In this document: piece after piece, positions 11,271 to 25,387 of the stretch
Layout of the letters: every line of letters begins with the position of its first letter
Numbering within the stretch: the stretch's first letter is position 1
Assembly (NCBI RefSeq): GCF_009834535.1
Contig: NC_045696.1
Span: 74,898,001-74,962,000, forward strand
Length of the DNA stretch: 64,000 nt
Direction of reading: 5' to 3'
Source: Camelus ferus
Lineage: Eukaryota
Translations under genes and position numbers: made by a program
Notes under the pieces: generated by a model
What the model was told of the DNA's origin: nothing
The model's input: the letters and a program-made list of their open reading frames with translations, nothing else
Database searches by the model: none

Positions 11271-12049
11271 TGCATATTTTGGATTTGCCTAAGCCAGCCC
11301 TATATTCCTTGCAGTAAATTTCTTTATCGTGAAATACATTTTGATAGAAGTGCAATTCTAAGGATTCCTAGCAGAAATGACTAGCATACTGTTTATGTAA
11401 GTGTTTTTGTTTATGGTCTGGAGAGGGAGGGTGGGGAGAAGAGATAAAGGATTAAAAAGCACAAAATATGGTGTAATCAAAAGCTTTCCTTTGTACTTGC
11501 CTGACCAATAAGCACTCTATTTTACAATCATGTTAAGGCATTAAGCAAAAAGGAATGAAATTTTAAGGATGAATTTCAAGCATCAACTAGCATGTGAAGG
11601 GTGAAAGCCAGTTACCACTTTAGGGATCACATGTTCATTCAACAAATATATATTAAAGAGGAAATATTTTAATGAAAAAGCATGGATCTTGATCTGAAGA
11701 CTTCAGTTCAAATCTAGACTATGCCAGTTAATAGTTATGTTGAAACCCCTAACCACTCAAATCAATTTTGAGCATAGGGACTCTCAAAGTGAAGTTTTAC
11801 TTATATTGCTTGAATTTTTAAAATCATAATGATATCCCTTTGTTAGTTTGATATCCCTTTGTAAATAATAACTACATGTTTAATATAATTCTGGTATTTC
11901 AAAGTAAAAATGACATTGCATATTATAAATTATAAAAATAAGTGTTTTAATATAATAAGTAATAAATAATTTAATCCATTGTTTTTCTTTTTATGGAGGA
12001 GACTCATAGGCAAAGACCAGCAGAGTAAACATAAAGAAGGAAGGAAAAA

Positions 12050-14430
12050 ATGAAAATATAGAGGCTAAAACAAATAGAAATTAACAACAACTAAAATTTA
12101 ATTATGTGAAAAACTTATACGTTTGACATACTACTGCCAAATCTGTTTAAGAATGTCAAAATGCGTGAAGACACAAACCAAGGGGGAAATAACTCTAGAT
12201 ATATGATATCATAAAGGCCAATAAATTTGAAAACTCAGATGAAGTTTGAAATTTCTGGGAAACCATCAAATACCAAAAGTAGCCTAAGAAAAAATAGGAA
12301 AAAAACTAATAAGCATTCAAAAAACTGAAATGGCAATTTCCCATATATACAAAAAAAAAAAAAAAAAAAAGCCAGGCCTAGATGATTTTAGAGATAACTT
12401 TTTACCAAATCTTTAAAGAAAAGATTAGTCTTATCTCATACAGGTTTTTGCAGTGCATAGAACAAGAGAAGAAACATCCCAACCCACTCATAAGACTAAA
12501 ATAACATTGGTACCATGCTGGATAGGAGGTAGAAGTAAAGAAAATCGCACTTAACAATATAGAAGTGAAATTTTAGCTAACTGAAACCAACACCATATTA
12601 GAAAAAAATAATTTTGTCCATGTCGGGTTTTCCTAGAAATACAAAGATAATTAATTCAACATCAGAAAATCAACCAATGTAATTGATATTAGCACACGTA
12701 AAGGAAAAAACCCACGTTTGTCTCAATAGCAACAAAAAAAGTCATTGCTAAAAAAAGGCATTACATACTTATAATAAAAGGTCTTAGAAAACTGAGAAAC
12801 CTGCTAAAGGCTACTTACCAAAACCTACAGAAAACATACTTAATGGGAAAACTTTGGGAGTCTTACCTCTAAAGAAATGTCTGCTAATGCTATTTCTGCT
12901 CATTATAGTAGTGGAAGTAATGACAATTCAATGATAAGAAAAAAGAGCCATTCAGGACTCATAGACTGGAAGTAAAGAGACATATGTAATATATAGCAGA
13001 TTATATGACTATTTATGTTAAAAATTAAGCAAAGACAGCTATTAGAACTAAAAAGATTAAAACCTGAAAAAGGTTTCTGTATACAAAATCCATGTTTCAA
13101 AATTCAGAAGCTTTCCTATATACCTGCAACAACCAATTAGAAAATTAGACAGCATGTCAAAGAAACCAACTGTAAAGAATCTGGGGGAAAAAAGAACCTA
13201 GGAATTGACTTCAACAAAAACTGCTAACAACCTATATTTTTAAAAAATTTAAAGGACATTAAAAGAGACCTGAATAAATGGAGAATTATACAGTGTTTAC
13301 AAAAGAAAAGACTTAACGTTGTAAATATGTCCAGTGCCTCTAAAACGATTATAATTGTTATGCAATTCCAACAAGACTTTAGATGGAAATTGAACTAATC
13401 CTAAATTTACATGGAGGTAGGAAAAGTCTACCAATAACTAAAACAGTTCTCAAAAAGAAGAGAAGAGAGAATAAACTCATACTACCTGATATTAAGACAT
13501 ATTGCAAAGCCATAATGTTTAAAGCAACTGTTAAAGTATGTGGTACTATTGCAGGAACAGAGGAATATAATGAGTACAGACACAGATCCATATGCCAGTT
13601 ATGCCCATGGAGGAGTTAATATATGACCAAACTGGTATCATGAATCACTGGGGGAAGATGCAACATTTAACAAATATTATTGAGAAAATTGTCTCACTCG
13701 AATGAACAAAAATAAAACTTGAATCATTCTTACACACAAAGAAACTCAGACCTAACACAAAAGGTACAACCAGAAAATTACTAGGAAAAAAATGTAGGAA
13801 AATAGGTTTATGACATTGGGGTTAGAGAGGGGTCTGTAAACCAGATGTAGAAAGCACAACCTGTAAGGGAAGATGTGATGAATTTGTCTACGTTAAATTT
13901 AAAAATTTCTCTTCAACAAAAGACATTTGTAACAGATGAATGACAGTCTGGGAATCTATTTTTTGCAGTGTGTGTTGTCAATGGACCAATATTTAAAATT
14001 TATAATTTCTGAAAATGAACCAAAATACCCAATAGCAAAGTGAACAAAGAATATGGAGACCAGTCCACAAAATGAGAACCCAAAATGAGCACATTAAGAT
14101 ATTTTCAATCATATTAGTAATCAAATAGTGCAAATTCAAACAATAGTAACATGGTACTTTATGACCCTCAAATTTACAGGAAATTAAACAGTTGTATGAT
14201 ATCAACTGCTGATTAGCATGTAGGGAAATATGATTAGCTGATGGGAGTATAAACTTGAGCCATTCTGGATATTTTAGAAGTATTTAATCACAATCAAAAA
14301 ATGTATGTATATGAAGCCCATCCCTGCCCCAAGAAAAAAAAGAACAAAATCCCCAAACACCTCAACACATACAAGAATATTTACAGTAGCCTTGTATATA
14401 AAGCAAATACTTAGAAACACAAAAGGCACT
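12050..14430 (+). mobile_element. Old, decayed LINE-1 ORF2 (L1M-type)
   Basis: A-rich; remnants ccaggcctagatgatttta, ttcaacatcagaaaatcaaccaatgtaatt; peptide KTVLKKK...LILPDIKTYCKA. Confidence 0.85.
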
Positions 14431-15474
14431 CAGTTTGATACTTAACTGAATTGTACTTCAGAAGGGTGACAGATTTTCCTGCCCTATGTGGTAAATCTCT
14501 TTGAGGACAAGAACCATAGTTTATATCTATGCATCCCTGTGCACATGGCTTGATAGTAGATTTTTCATAGCTGTTAAACTGACTAGTAGTGAACTAGAAG
14601 TTTTTGAGGAGTTGCAGAGAGTCCATGGACTGAGAAAAATCTGGTAACATTACATCCATGACGTTGGTTATAGTTACACAATTTATGCTTAGCAAACAGG
14701 GGGACTAGAAATCACAGCCAAATACCATGGTCCAGTATTATTCTGTTATTTTCTCTCTTTAGCTGTCTGGTATAACATTCCATGAAAAAAATAGGGCACA
14801 TTTTAACTTTTTCTGAAGAAAATTCTTTGAAGAGTGGTAGAGAGTTGGAAGTCCTATTTATTCTAGCTTAAAAAGCATTTGCCTAATGATGTTAGAGAAT
14901 CATTTTTCTAAGCTATAAACAAGAAGTTAAGATCAGAATTTTGTAATCTCAAATTTCATTCATGTTTCTCCTGTCCAATTTTTCCGTGTCCAGGTATGAT
15001 TATTTACTTGTTTTTCTTTAAATCAACTTGCTTAAAAAAAATTAGTTGTCCTAAATAAAAATATTAATGAATCAAATTTGATGTTACATTTTACAACATA
15101 CAATTTACAATTGTGAAAATAAAACTATGTACTATACACAATTATTTTTGTATGTTGTGCACTTTATGAGTCTGAATTAGATGATCTCTGAGGTTTCTCC
15201 CAAACTAACATTCTGTCATTTTAGGTTAGTTTTTCTACTTCATTAATTTAGTTGTTCACTAAAGAATACCTTGTGGCACTTAACTATAATCTTCTAACCA
15301 TAAAGAAGTATTAAGATCTGTGCCATGAAATTCTGCTTCTTAAAAATAAAAAAAAAAGACACATTGAAATTTATAAATTCAGCATTGCTGTTAGACAGGA
15401 ATTTATAAAATATTTACAGGGTATAGAAGTGAGTGATATGGCATATGGTGCGAAGGGAATAAGTTATTTTAAGA

Positions 15475-15610
15475 CAGTTCAGTAGTAACCTATAATAAAA
15501 AAGAATATGAAAATGACTATATGTATGTACGTGTATAACTGACACATTATGCTGTACCCCAGAAATTGACATGACAATGTAAACTGACTATACGTCAATT
15601 TTAAAAAAAA
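15475..15610 (+). mobile_element. Short L1 3' tail
   Basis: aaaaaagaatatgaaaa...tatgctgtaccccagaaattgaca...tcaattttaaaaaaaa, similar to 7060-7180. Confidence 0.8.
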
Positions 15611-18569
15611 GCTGAATGACAGAAATGGTCTAATTAACATAAAAAACAAAAATAAAAATGTTTGGAGAATAGAGCGGATGAATTAAAGTAAGTCCATTCT
15701 CACCTTGTCAGTGGGGAACATTTTAAACTTTTGAGACTTTCTGAAAATCCAAGTGAGGTGAGGAAAAGTTGCAAAGAGGAGGGTAATCAGTCATAGAATA
15801 TAGTTTGAGCAATGTTTTAGGAATATAATGCCATAAAGAGAAGAGGCAGCCCTAAATAAAATGTGCATGATAGGCACGAAAAGAGAATTCAATATTCTCA
15901 AACTCCCAAACTCCAAATTCAAAACATCATGATGAATGGCCTTTAGAAAGAGGATTAAAAAAAATTACCCACCAGAAATTACATTACTGTGTAATTTTGG
16001 TATGATTCCAATTCCTAATCTCAACTTACTCTGAAGAAAAAGGGCAGAAGTATCAGTTATTTCAAACTGTAATGTTTTTTGGTGGTGGCCAGTATCTTGC
16101 TGTTGAAAACTAGAAAACTTTCAGTTTTTATTCAAAACATACTTTTCATTACATTTTTCAATATATAATTCATTCAGCTCAGTATTTTTAGTAAGAAAAA
16201 AGATTGTCTGGGTCATAGTTGTTTGCCTCTTTAAAACCCAAAATAAACAACAAACTTAAAGGTTGTGATAACAAAAATTTATTTTAAAAAGTATCTAAAT
16301 AACCATCACTTTTAAGGTATGGGAATAAGGCTAGTAGATAATACAGTATTTCTACTTAGCAATGTGAGAAAATTATCTTTTTAGAATGAAGAAATTACTT
16401 TTCACAAATATGATTTATTTTGGGTTCAGGTAGTTACCAGTTTAATACCAAAGTTACTAAAGAGAATAAACTTAATAAGGAAATTGTGGTGATGCTTTAA
16501 TGTGGAAAAATTTTATACAGAAAATTACTTTTTAAATCACTAGTATGAAGCAGACTCCAAGCAACTATTAAGATTTTTAGTTTTTTAAAGTTATATATTG
16601 AGCATATAAACTTCATGTAAACATGTACATTACATGTAACAACTTTTAGCTTTGTCAATTTATATTTAACACTATAGGTGTACACATTTCTTTGTCTTAG
16701 ACTCGAAGTTGTCTTAAGAGATTAATTTATGGAAAGCTAAACCAATATATTATATTTGTAAATCCATAAACTCAATGCCATGAATAAAACTTCTTGTAGA
16801 TACTCTGTATCTTCAGTCACCAGAACTGAAAGTTACAAAGGAATATACATCTGAAAGTTCATTTTGAATTTATAGGGATGAATCTGTTAAGTTGCAGTGT
16901 AAACCTGAATAACCAAATTTGTTTCTGTGTTGGGATTTACAGTTGGTCTTAACTATTTCATTTAAATAAATAGTATTGATTTTTTTTAAGTCAATCTGCT
17001 TCCCAAGAGGATTGTGGCTATTTGATTTTTATTAGCTTTTTCAAATTTATGTCACTTATAGTGCTTTTAAGTCATCAAAATTCCATTAAAAATTAATCAA
17101 CAGTATTTGGGGAATATATTAACCTGCTTGCAAAAGGTACTAAGACTGACAAAACAAGCTAAGTAAGGTTAACTGTAAAGTGTCAGGAATTAAGTAACTT
17201 AATGTGAAAATCAAGATTTAAAAATTAGGAATAGTGTTAGTTTATTGAAAAAAAAAAAAACCTGTATATGCTTTACCTGCCAGTAACTCAGCAATCACCT
17301 AACAGGCTATAGACCCCGTAAAACTAAGAAACTGGTTAATATGTGATAATATACCTTCAGAGGAATCTAAGAAAGGTGATTTAAAACTGGCAAATTTATA
17401 AGCAAGAAGAGAGACTTTTGAGTAGCGCACATTTTCAACTTGTAACAATAACAACTCATTGAAAGGTGAAGATAAAAAAAAGAAAACAATAAAAAAAGAT
17501 CCATCACTACTGTTCACTGCTGCCAAGAATACTATTGTGATGCTAATAAACATTACTATCAGTTATGAACTCTCAAGTCACAGAAGAGTACAGTGAAAAT
17601 GTCTGTCTTTGAGTAGAAAAAACCCAGGAGCAGTTAGAAATTTTCTTTTAGGTAGGTTTGTTAAGCCATAAATATAAACCTGCTACCTCAATTTATGGTC
17701 ACAGGCTTATTTGAAAGCTGAGTCAAAGCAGAAAGGTTTTATCGGACAAACTGTCACTGGGATGTGTCCTCAAGCTGCAAAGTCATCAAAAAGCACATTA
17801 TATGGTACTAAAACTTGGGTTTAATGTCTCTTGAGTAGTTTCATTAAAACCTCTAATTTGATTACTAACACCTGATCAAATGTAAGGCTGTAAAATATAC
17901 AAAAATATAAAAACCTATCAAGGCATTACTTAAGGTTTGTTTTCTGAAAATCAAATTCCTGAAGCTGGATGTATATCAAAAAAGTGTGAAAACAGAATTA
18001 CCAGGAAGGAAGCTGAATGGCTAGGTTAAGTAGCCATGAAAAACATCCCAAGGTCAAAGCTTAGGTTTTTATGTAACATGATGTAATGGAAACATCATTG
18101 GAATGGGAGCCGAATAACTTGGATTCCACTCCTGCCTTTTATAACTGGTTTTGTGACCTTGACCTAAAAATAACCTAAGTTTCTATTTCTGTAAGAAACT
18201 TAGAAACCTAGAGGGTTAAGACCAAATGGTTGGTAAGGTTTTCTTCCAATTACATCTTCTAAGAAACATTTGTATCAGATAGCTCTACCTGGAATGTTAC
18301 AATCAGATGGAAAGGTAGTTTCTAGGAGTACAGGTATGCATAGAAGACAGAACAGTAAAAATAAACGATTGGTTTTGAAAATACTTGTTGCTGCCACCAT
18401 TCTCTAAACACTAAATTCCCACAGGTCTTGCAGTAGGAAAACTATGGGTCAACAATTGGTCGTTGCAACTACATCAATATTTGTTAACAATATTGTCTGT
18501 TAGCAGCAATGTTTATATTTGAGGCCAATGATATACAAAATTCTATCTTCTTGATAGTGCTATTTAAGA

Positions 18570-18940
18570 AACTGTTACTGAATTATGGTTGTCTCTCCCT
18601 CACTCATCTCAGTTCGTATATTGAAATCCTTGGCCCCAGTACCTCAAAATATGACCTTATTCGGGGATAGGGTCTTTGTCAAGTTAAAGTGAGGTCATCA
18701 GGATAAGCCCTAATCCAAAGACTCATTCCTCGTAAAAGGGGGGAAGTTGGAGATAGACTTGCATACAGGGAGATAAACAAGCCAAGAAGAATGGCCAAGA
18801 ACAGATCCTTCCCTTACAGCTCTCAGAAGGAACCAACTATGCTAACATTTCAAACTTCCAGCATCTAGAACTGTGAGACAATAAATTTCTATTGTTTGAG
18901 TCACTCTGTGACAATTTGTTATGGTAGCCACAGGGAACCA
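18570..18940 (+). mobile_element. MLT1 (MaLR) LTR
   Basis: tgaccttattcggggatagggtctttg...ccctaatcca...agaactgtgagacaataaatttctattgttt. Confidence 0.85.
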
Positions 18941-19819
18941 ATCTAAGAGTTAAGACTGATTTGCTATTATAAAAAGTAATTTATTCCTTATCATACCAGC
19001 AACCCCTATCTTCCAGATCTTCCTATTTCTATTTTAACACTTCAGCGGCTTTTCTCAGAAAATAAATGACTTGTTATCAGAAGTTTGGGCGTGACTTTGC
19101 AGTTACATAACTGAAAATGAAATGTGAACAGATTATAAATGACCTGTTTCATTTATAAATGAGTTATGAAATGTTACTTTATTGTTAAGCCCCTTAAAGC
19201 TCCTCCTCACCACCATGTAAAATTATTTAACACACAGATAGGGGCTAAAATAAAACGAGAATTTAAAAAAAGACTGCCAAGAAAACCAGATTTTTCCTTC
19301 TTGCCATAAAACTGGCTTCCTAGTGTCACTGAAAGAATCACACAGGTGGGAGCGTTCACTGATAGCCTTGGGGAAAACTGATGGGGAATTCAAGAGGGTC
19401 CTGTTCTTATTAATGGGAGTATCAATGGACTTAACTGTGTGTTATGTATGTTGCACTTTAGTTCTGGTAGTGCAGTATTTTAACGACTTCATACACGAAA
19501 AACTGAGCTTGTTTTGAGTTTAAAGAAGAAAAAGTTTACAGCACCTCTTTTTACAGAAGGAAAGTCTAGTTTCTTCAGTACATCTGTTTCTTATCAATTT
19601 ATGAAATCAGAACACATGCAAGAAACAAGACGACAGTCACTAAAAGTGGTTAAAACTATGAACTACAATGCATTGAAAATACCACATTTAGGATACAATT
19701 ATATACTGAAAAAGGTAGCAATGCCAAGAAAACTGGACAGCTATAAAAAAATCTTGTTAGACAATTCTCATAAGTTATGTTTGAAATCATCCATCTTTAT
19801 ATCTCCAAAAAAAGTCAAA

Positions 19820-19825
19820 TTTATT
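19820..19825 (-). terminator. ZNF639: Candidate proximal poly(A) signal of ZNF639
   Basis: AATAAA on the minus strand ~40 nt after the stop codon; more hexamers at 19178-19183, 18980-18985 and 17241-17246. Confidence 0.45.
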
Positions 19826-19861
19826 ATTTTACATCAACATTATGGAAGTTAAAGAGAACAA

Positions 19862-21015
19862 TTAAGTTGTCTCATGGACTGGAAGGTGACTTATTAATTC
19901 CCTTTCATTTCCAAACCTCATCAGGCAGTCACTGCATTTATGAGGTAAATCAGCCGAATGCTTGAAATCTAGATGAATTTTAAGATCTTCAATCTGTCCT
20001 GTTGAATATTCACAGTACTGACATAAATAAATCCCTTCAGATAAATGTGAATTTAAATGTTTGCAATACTCTAGCATACTTGAAAAGCCCTTCCCACAGT
20101 CATCGCAAACATGAGGGAAAATTTTGGTATGTTCAATAGCAACGTGCCTGTTAACATTTGTATGAAGTCTACTCCGAAAACCACATACTTGACATACGAA
20201 GAAGTTTTTACATTTGTCAAATGTAATTTTGCTTAAGAGGCTGTACTGTCCATGTTCTCCATTGTTATACTTATCACTTAACTCTATTAACTTACACGCA
20301 TGCTCATTCACCACATGGCTGTGCAAGTCTTCTGGATCATTCGTTTCATGTTCACAGAACTGACACAAGTATTGTTCATCACAGCTGTGCTCCTGGAAAT
20401 GTAGGTAGAGCTCACTGCTTGAGGAGAACTGTACATCACACTGCTCACACCAGTAAAGGTGATCACTGAAATGGGTGTCTGCAATGTGCTGGCTGAGATT
20501 CTCAAAAATGACTGTTTTATAATCACAGTATTTACAAATGTAGGGATCCTCTTCATGCAGTTTGGCGTGTTCGATCAGAAGCATGTTGGTGGAGAAACTT
20601 TCCTTGCACACTCGACAGACATTTGAATCAGTACGCTTATGCTTCAAGATCATATGTTGTTTTAAATCAGAAAAATACTTGCTGTTGAACTCACACAGTT
20701 CACATTTATAGAGGCCACTGCTATTAGCTCTCAGTAAAGGCCATTTCTGCTGGGCAGTCACATTCAAAGCTTGGCTCTTGTCAAGAATTTTGCAAAGTTT
20801 AGCTGGTGGCTCTTCATCATTTTGGTCTTGGAGACTCTCAGAAGAATTATTTTCTGCCTCTATATCATAATCTTCAGAAATTGCATGTACTTCTGCAGCA
20901 ATTGGAACATCTTCAGCAGTGTGAACTTCTATAGGGCTCTCCTCTTGAGTTTGCTGGTTGACTGACTCCGGGGAGTCACACTCTTCATCACAAATTTCAA
21001 TATCAGTAGATTTTT
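19862..21015 (-). CDS. ZNF639: Zinc finger protein 639 (ZASC1), last coding exon with nine C2H2 fingers
   Basis: tttcag|AA AAA TCT; 1154 nt open to TAA at 19864-19862; fingers from YKCELCEF...HMILKH to HKCSDCLMRF...HLPVH; the four exons sum to 1458 nt = 485 aa plus stop. Confidence 0.98.
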
Positions 21016-21170
21016 CTGAAAAAAATAAAAGAAGTATATTATTATTATTACTACTACTATTAAATAAGACCTAGTAAATAGATAATTGGCAAAAAATAAA
21101 TTTATTTTATTCATTATTTTCTCATTGATCTACACAAAATGTGCAAATGCTATTAATTAGTTTCCTTTAC

Positions 21171-21305
21171 CTGCAGAAAAGGTAGCGTGGTCTAGAATTC
21201 TAAGTACAGGACTGGGAACCAGGTAGTTCTGATTTCTGTTTCTGGCCTTGATTCCATCTGTAAATTTTGGCAAGTCACTGGATGTCTCTGTATCAGAATC
21301 ATCAT
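21171..21305 (-). CDS. ZNF639: ZNF639 third coding exon (MIR-derived)
   Basis: 135 nt, ttttacag| and |gtaaag; translates DDDSDTETSSDLPKFTDGIKARNRNQNYLVPSPVLRILDHATFSA; + strand resembles MIR core. Confidence 0.95.
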
Positions 21306-21679
21306 CTGTAAAAAGGGATTTGGAAATATACTAATTATTTATATCAAAGCATTAAACATTACTATAAAACAAAGCACCAAATGTTTTAAATAATTTAGAA
21401 TTCCAACAGAACTAAGGACTTAGATTTTGTTATGAAAACCTTGTTATCTGTGTACCACAGACATATTGAAAATCTGTCCAAACAAGCAACTACTTTCCCT
21501 TCCATGTCCCATTTGGACTAGAATACACTTTTTAAAGTTACTTGGGAATTTTACTTTAAATTACTGAGTTTGAGTAAGTCTTTATTCCCTTAGCCAAGCC
21601 TCAATGTTACAAGTGCATGAAAAAACTGAAATGCCAGTCAGTAGAGAAAACTGGGCTTCAACATCATGTCTTTTTTTAA

Positions 21680-22930
21680 AGACTATTTTTTAGAAGTTTC
21701 AAACTTACAGGAAAAAAAAAAAAAAGAGATGATAGTACAGAGAATTCCCATATATCCTTCATTCAGTTCCTCCACTATTAACATCCTACATCAACATGGT
21801 ACATTTATTACAATTAATAACCAAAACTGGTACATTGTTATTAACTAAAGTCCATACTTCATCCAGATTTCCTTGGTTTTTACCTAGTGTCCTTTTCCCA
21901 TTCCAGGATCCCATCCAGGACAAATAATATTTAGTTGTCATGTCTCTAGGCTACTGCTAGCTGTGGCAGTTTCTCAGACACCCCTTGTTTTCCAATACCA
22001 CGACAATTTTGAGACTGGTCAAGTATTTTGTAGGATGTCCCACTAATGAAGTTTGTCTGTTGTTTTTTTCATGATTAGAGTGGGATATGGATTACTGGGA
22101 GGTAGACACAGTGGCAAACTGACATTTTCATCACATCGTATTGAGAGTACCTACTATTAACATGGTTTATGACTGCTGATGTTGACCTTGGTCACCTGGG
22201 CTGAGGGAGTATTTATCAGGTTTCTCCACTGGAAGTCACTCTTTTACTTTCTATGCTCTACCCTTTGGAATTAGGTCACTATGTACAGTCCAACCTTCAG
22301 GAGTGGAGAGTTATGATCCAACTCCTTGAGGGATGAATATCTACATAAATAATCTGGAATTCTTCTATATAGGAGGTTTGTTTCTTCTCTCTTATTTATT
22401 TAGTTATTCGATCATTTATGTATATCAGTATGGACTCATGGATATTTATTTTATTCTTTGGGCTATAATTCATTTTTTTCCCTGTCAAATTGTTTCAGCT
22501 CTGGCTGAACAACTGACTATTGGGAGCTCTTTTAATTGGCTCCATATGCTCCTTTAGCATACTTGTATTAAGTGAGTGAGTGTGTGTCTGTGTGTGTTTG
22601 TGTTTTCTGAGTACTTCCTTATTTTCTGGCACTACAAGATGTTCTGGGCTCATCTTGTATATTTCCTGCCCCAGAACTGGAATCAGCCATTTCTCCAAGA
22701 AGCCTTAATTCCTTTTATTGGAAAATGGTATTAGAAACTAAGATCTGGGCAGTAGATGTGCTTATTGCTACTGAGGTGTCATTACTGTTAGGCTCTCTCA
22801 GCTAACAGAACAAAAAATATGTGCCTGTACACTACCACATATATATAAACATATCTAGAAATGTTTCTGTACATAACTATTTGTTTCTATATTAAGCCAA
22901 ACATGAGTTCATACTGATGTCTCTGACTCT
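21680..22930 (-). mobile_element. Old L1 3'UTR (L1MC/L1MD-like) in ZNF639 intron
   Basis: tagtacagagaattcccatata...ccaggatcccatccagga...tcaggtttctccactg...ggaatcagccatttctccaag. Confidence 0.8.
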
Positions 22931-23462
22931 GAACGTTTTTTAAATAATTTCTGTTTCTGTGCCTGTAATAGGAGCTCAAAGGAATTGGGAGTTTTGATGG
23001 TTACAGAAGGAGATGAGAACAAATGCACGTTGTTATTATTCATCCAAGGCCCTAGAAAAGAGGAGTCAATAGAAAATGTAAGATTGAAAATGATCAAATC
23101 CTTCATCCTCTGTTCTTTCCTTCCATTAGTCCTCCAGACTGAAAGGTATAGCTGAGTGGAAGAACTGTGTACAAAAACATTCTTAACCTTTCACAATAAG
23201 CGCTCCAAGCTCTGGGTCATTCCTGCTTTGACACTGATTCCTAGCCCACTAAAACTGATTTAGAAGGATGTGCTTTTGATCTATATGTCTGAAATAGTGT
23301 TAAAAATTAAAATTCACTTACTTACTTTCTTACACAAAACTCTTCTGTTTTCTTAAAACAAGTTTAAACACTTGCCCTCATTTTCACCCACATTTTCAAA
23401 TAAGAAATAAAAAATTATATCAGCAACTTAAAGAAAAATATTTTGGAAAATATTAGATATAC

Positions 23463-23573
23463 CTTTGTTGTCAAAATATTTTAAGTCTGGTTGTCTCATA
23501 GAACAAACACTATAACAATGATCAGAAAAAATTCCATTGAATCCATCTGCAATTCTGCTTATTCCAGAGGAAT
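23463..23573 (-). CDS. ZNF639: ZNF639 second coding exon
   Basis: 111 nt, tgtttag| and |gtatat; DSSGISRIADGFNGIFSDHCYSVCSMRQPDLKYFDNK. Confidence 0.96.
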
Positions 23574-24594
23574 CTAAACATAAAACAAAATTAAAAAAAT
23601 TTCAAGCATACTAAACATACATACATTTAATGACAGTCATCTGTTTATTCAACATATATAAATTTTCATAGTATTTATAATAAAGCATTAATATTTCCCT
23701 CAATTCTGAAGGCTTTTATATTTCAGATCTGATACTGACTTCAAGCTTTGAAAGAACTATAAATTATACAATTTAAAATATAACACTTTGAAGCACAAAG
23801 ATACATTTGCCTAAGTCAGAATCCCACAAAATATAAATATGTGATAAATGTGTTAACTCCAAAAAACACTGAATTAACTACTTAGAAGATCTACCATGTA
23901 GTGCAGAGAAAGTGAATACATAGGGGAAGGTCTGGGGACCAGTTAGGGCTTAATTTCAAGTCTTGCCTGGAAAGGGCCAGTAAGCAGTAAACCAAGATCA
24001 ATTGCCTCATATGTGAAAAATGTGTAGGTTGACTGGTTAACAGGTATACCTGAGACTGTCCCAAGTATATGTATGTGAGCTGTAATAATTACAGATGGCC
24101 ACAAAGACCTTTTATTTGCCAAGAAAGCAGAGCCAACCTCAAAGAAAGGATCTAAAGTTACACAATCAGAATGAAAGCTCACATTTCTGAAAATAATGTA
24201 TAGGATAAAGTTTTCTCCCAATGATGTGAAATATCTTCCACCAAGGTTATTGTTGTGCCTTATACACAAGCTTGGGAATCACATAGGCAAATCTCAGTTA
24301 TGCTGTATAAGTATGTAACCTCAGATATCTAATTTTAAGTATCTATAAACCATGGAGTTGTGAGGATTAAATGTCTGTAAAATAAATACATATATTTTAT
24401 ATATATACACACACATATATATAAATAAATATATATATACACACACACAAAGAAGTTAAAAGTTTTCTTTTACCTAAAAATTGACCCAGATATTTAACTC
24501 TTATCAGATCATTCATGAGAAAATGGATGGGAACACAACTGCATGGGAATTAATAAATGGCCTAACTTTTAAAATAATTTAATTATACACTAAC

Positions 24595-24652
24595 CTGAAT
24601 AACGAGAAGGGTGTAATGTCTTCCTTTTTCTTTTTTTAGGATATTCATTCAT
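24595..24652 (-). CDS. ZNF639: ZNF639 first coding exon (ATG at 24652; exon spans 24595-24663)
   Basis: tttttag|ATTAAAGAGAT ATG; MNEYPKKRKRKTLHPSRYS with basic NLS-like PKKRKRK; donor G|gttagt. Confidence 0.96.
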
Positions 24653-25315
24653 ATCTCTTTAATCTAAAAATGGAAAAATTTAACACATGTATCACAAACG
24701 ACAAATGTTAATATTGTTATAAAAATTTCTAACCAAAGAATTTACTGGTAATAGGAAATGGGTACCATGCGAAAATCCGTAAGAGGCATGTTAAACAATC
24801 CTTTTGCTTGTATTTTGTATTTATTTTTCTGATCAAGTTTAAAGGGAGGACACCGAGTTCTGTTTTCTTTCTTACTGAGGTCAAGAACTCTTTTTCAAAT
24901 GTTCATGTAATTGTGAGAATTGGATAATTACAATAAATCTTATGCTTAAATTATTTTTTATAAAAGACTAATTGTGCCTACAGCACCATATTAAGAGTTT
25001 TACAGGGAATATAATTTCTTATACTGGGAATTTCTTATAATTGGGAATATTCTGATACAGTTTTGACACTACAGGTAGACACATTCCCTTAAAAAAAAAT
25101 ACTGTCACAAATCTGTATTGACTCCCTGGCTTCCAGAATAAAATGCTCATCTTATAGAAGTTCACAATATAATTTTCAAGAAAAAATCCTTTTCTTACTT
25201 AAGAGATCACATTCAACATTTTACTGAGAACAAAACAGGTATGGCAGCCATTGAATGATTACATTCCCATGGACTGTTATAAAGTGACTCATTAGCTTTA
25301 CTATATCCCACTTAC

Positions 25316-25387
25316 TTGGTATAATTCTTAATACTGAGGTGAGGAAAAATGAATTACAAGGAAGTTTTCACAGATGGAAAAAAATGC
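25316..25387 (-). other. ZNF639: ZNF639 5'UTR exon (72 nt)
   Basis: Strong acceptor ctttttctacag| and donor CAA|gtaagt; no ATG inside. Confidence 0.8.

Noticed and set aside
19862..20767. 301-aa ORF as a stand-alone intronless zinc-finger gene or retrocopy
   Set aside because: It begins at a non-ATG codon inside the last exon; three upstream coding exons with canonical splice sites complete ZNF639
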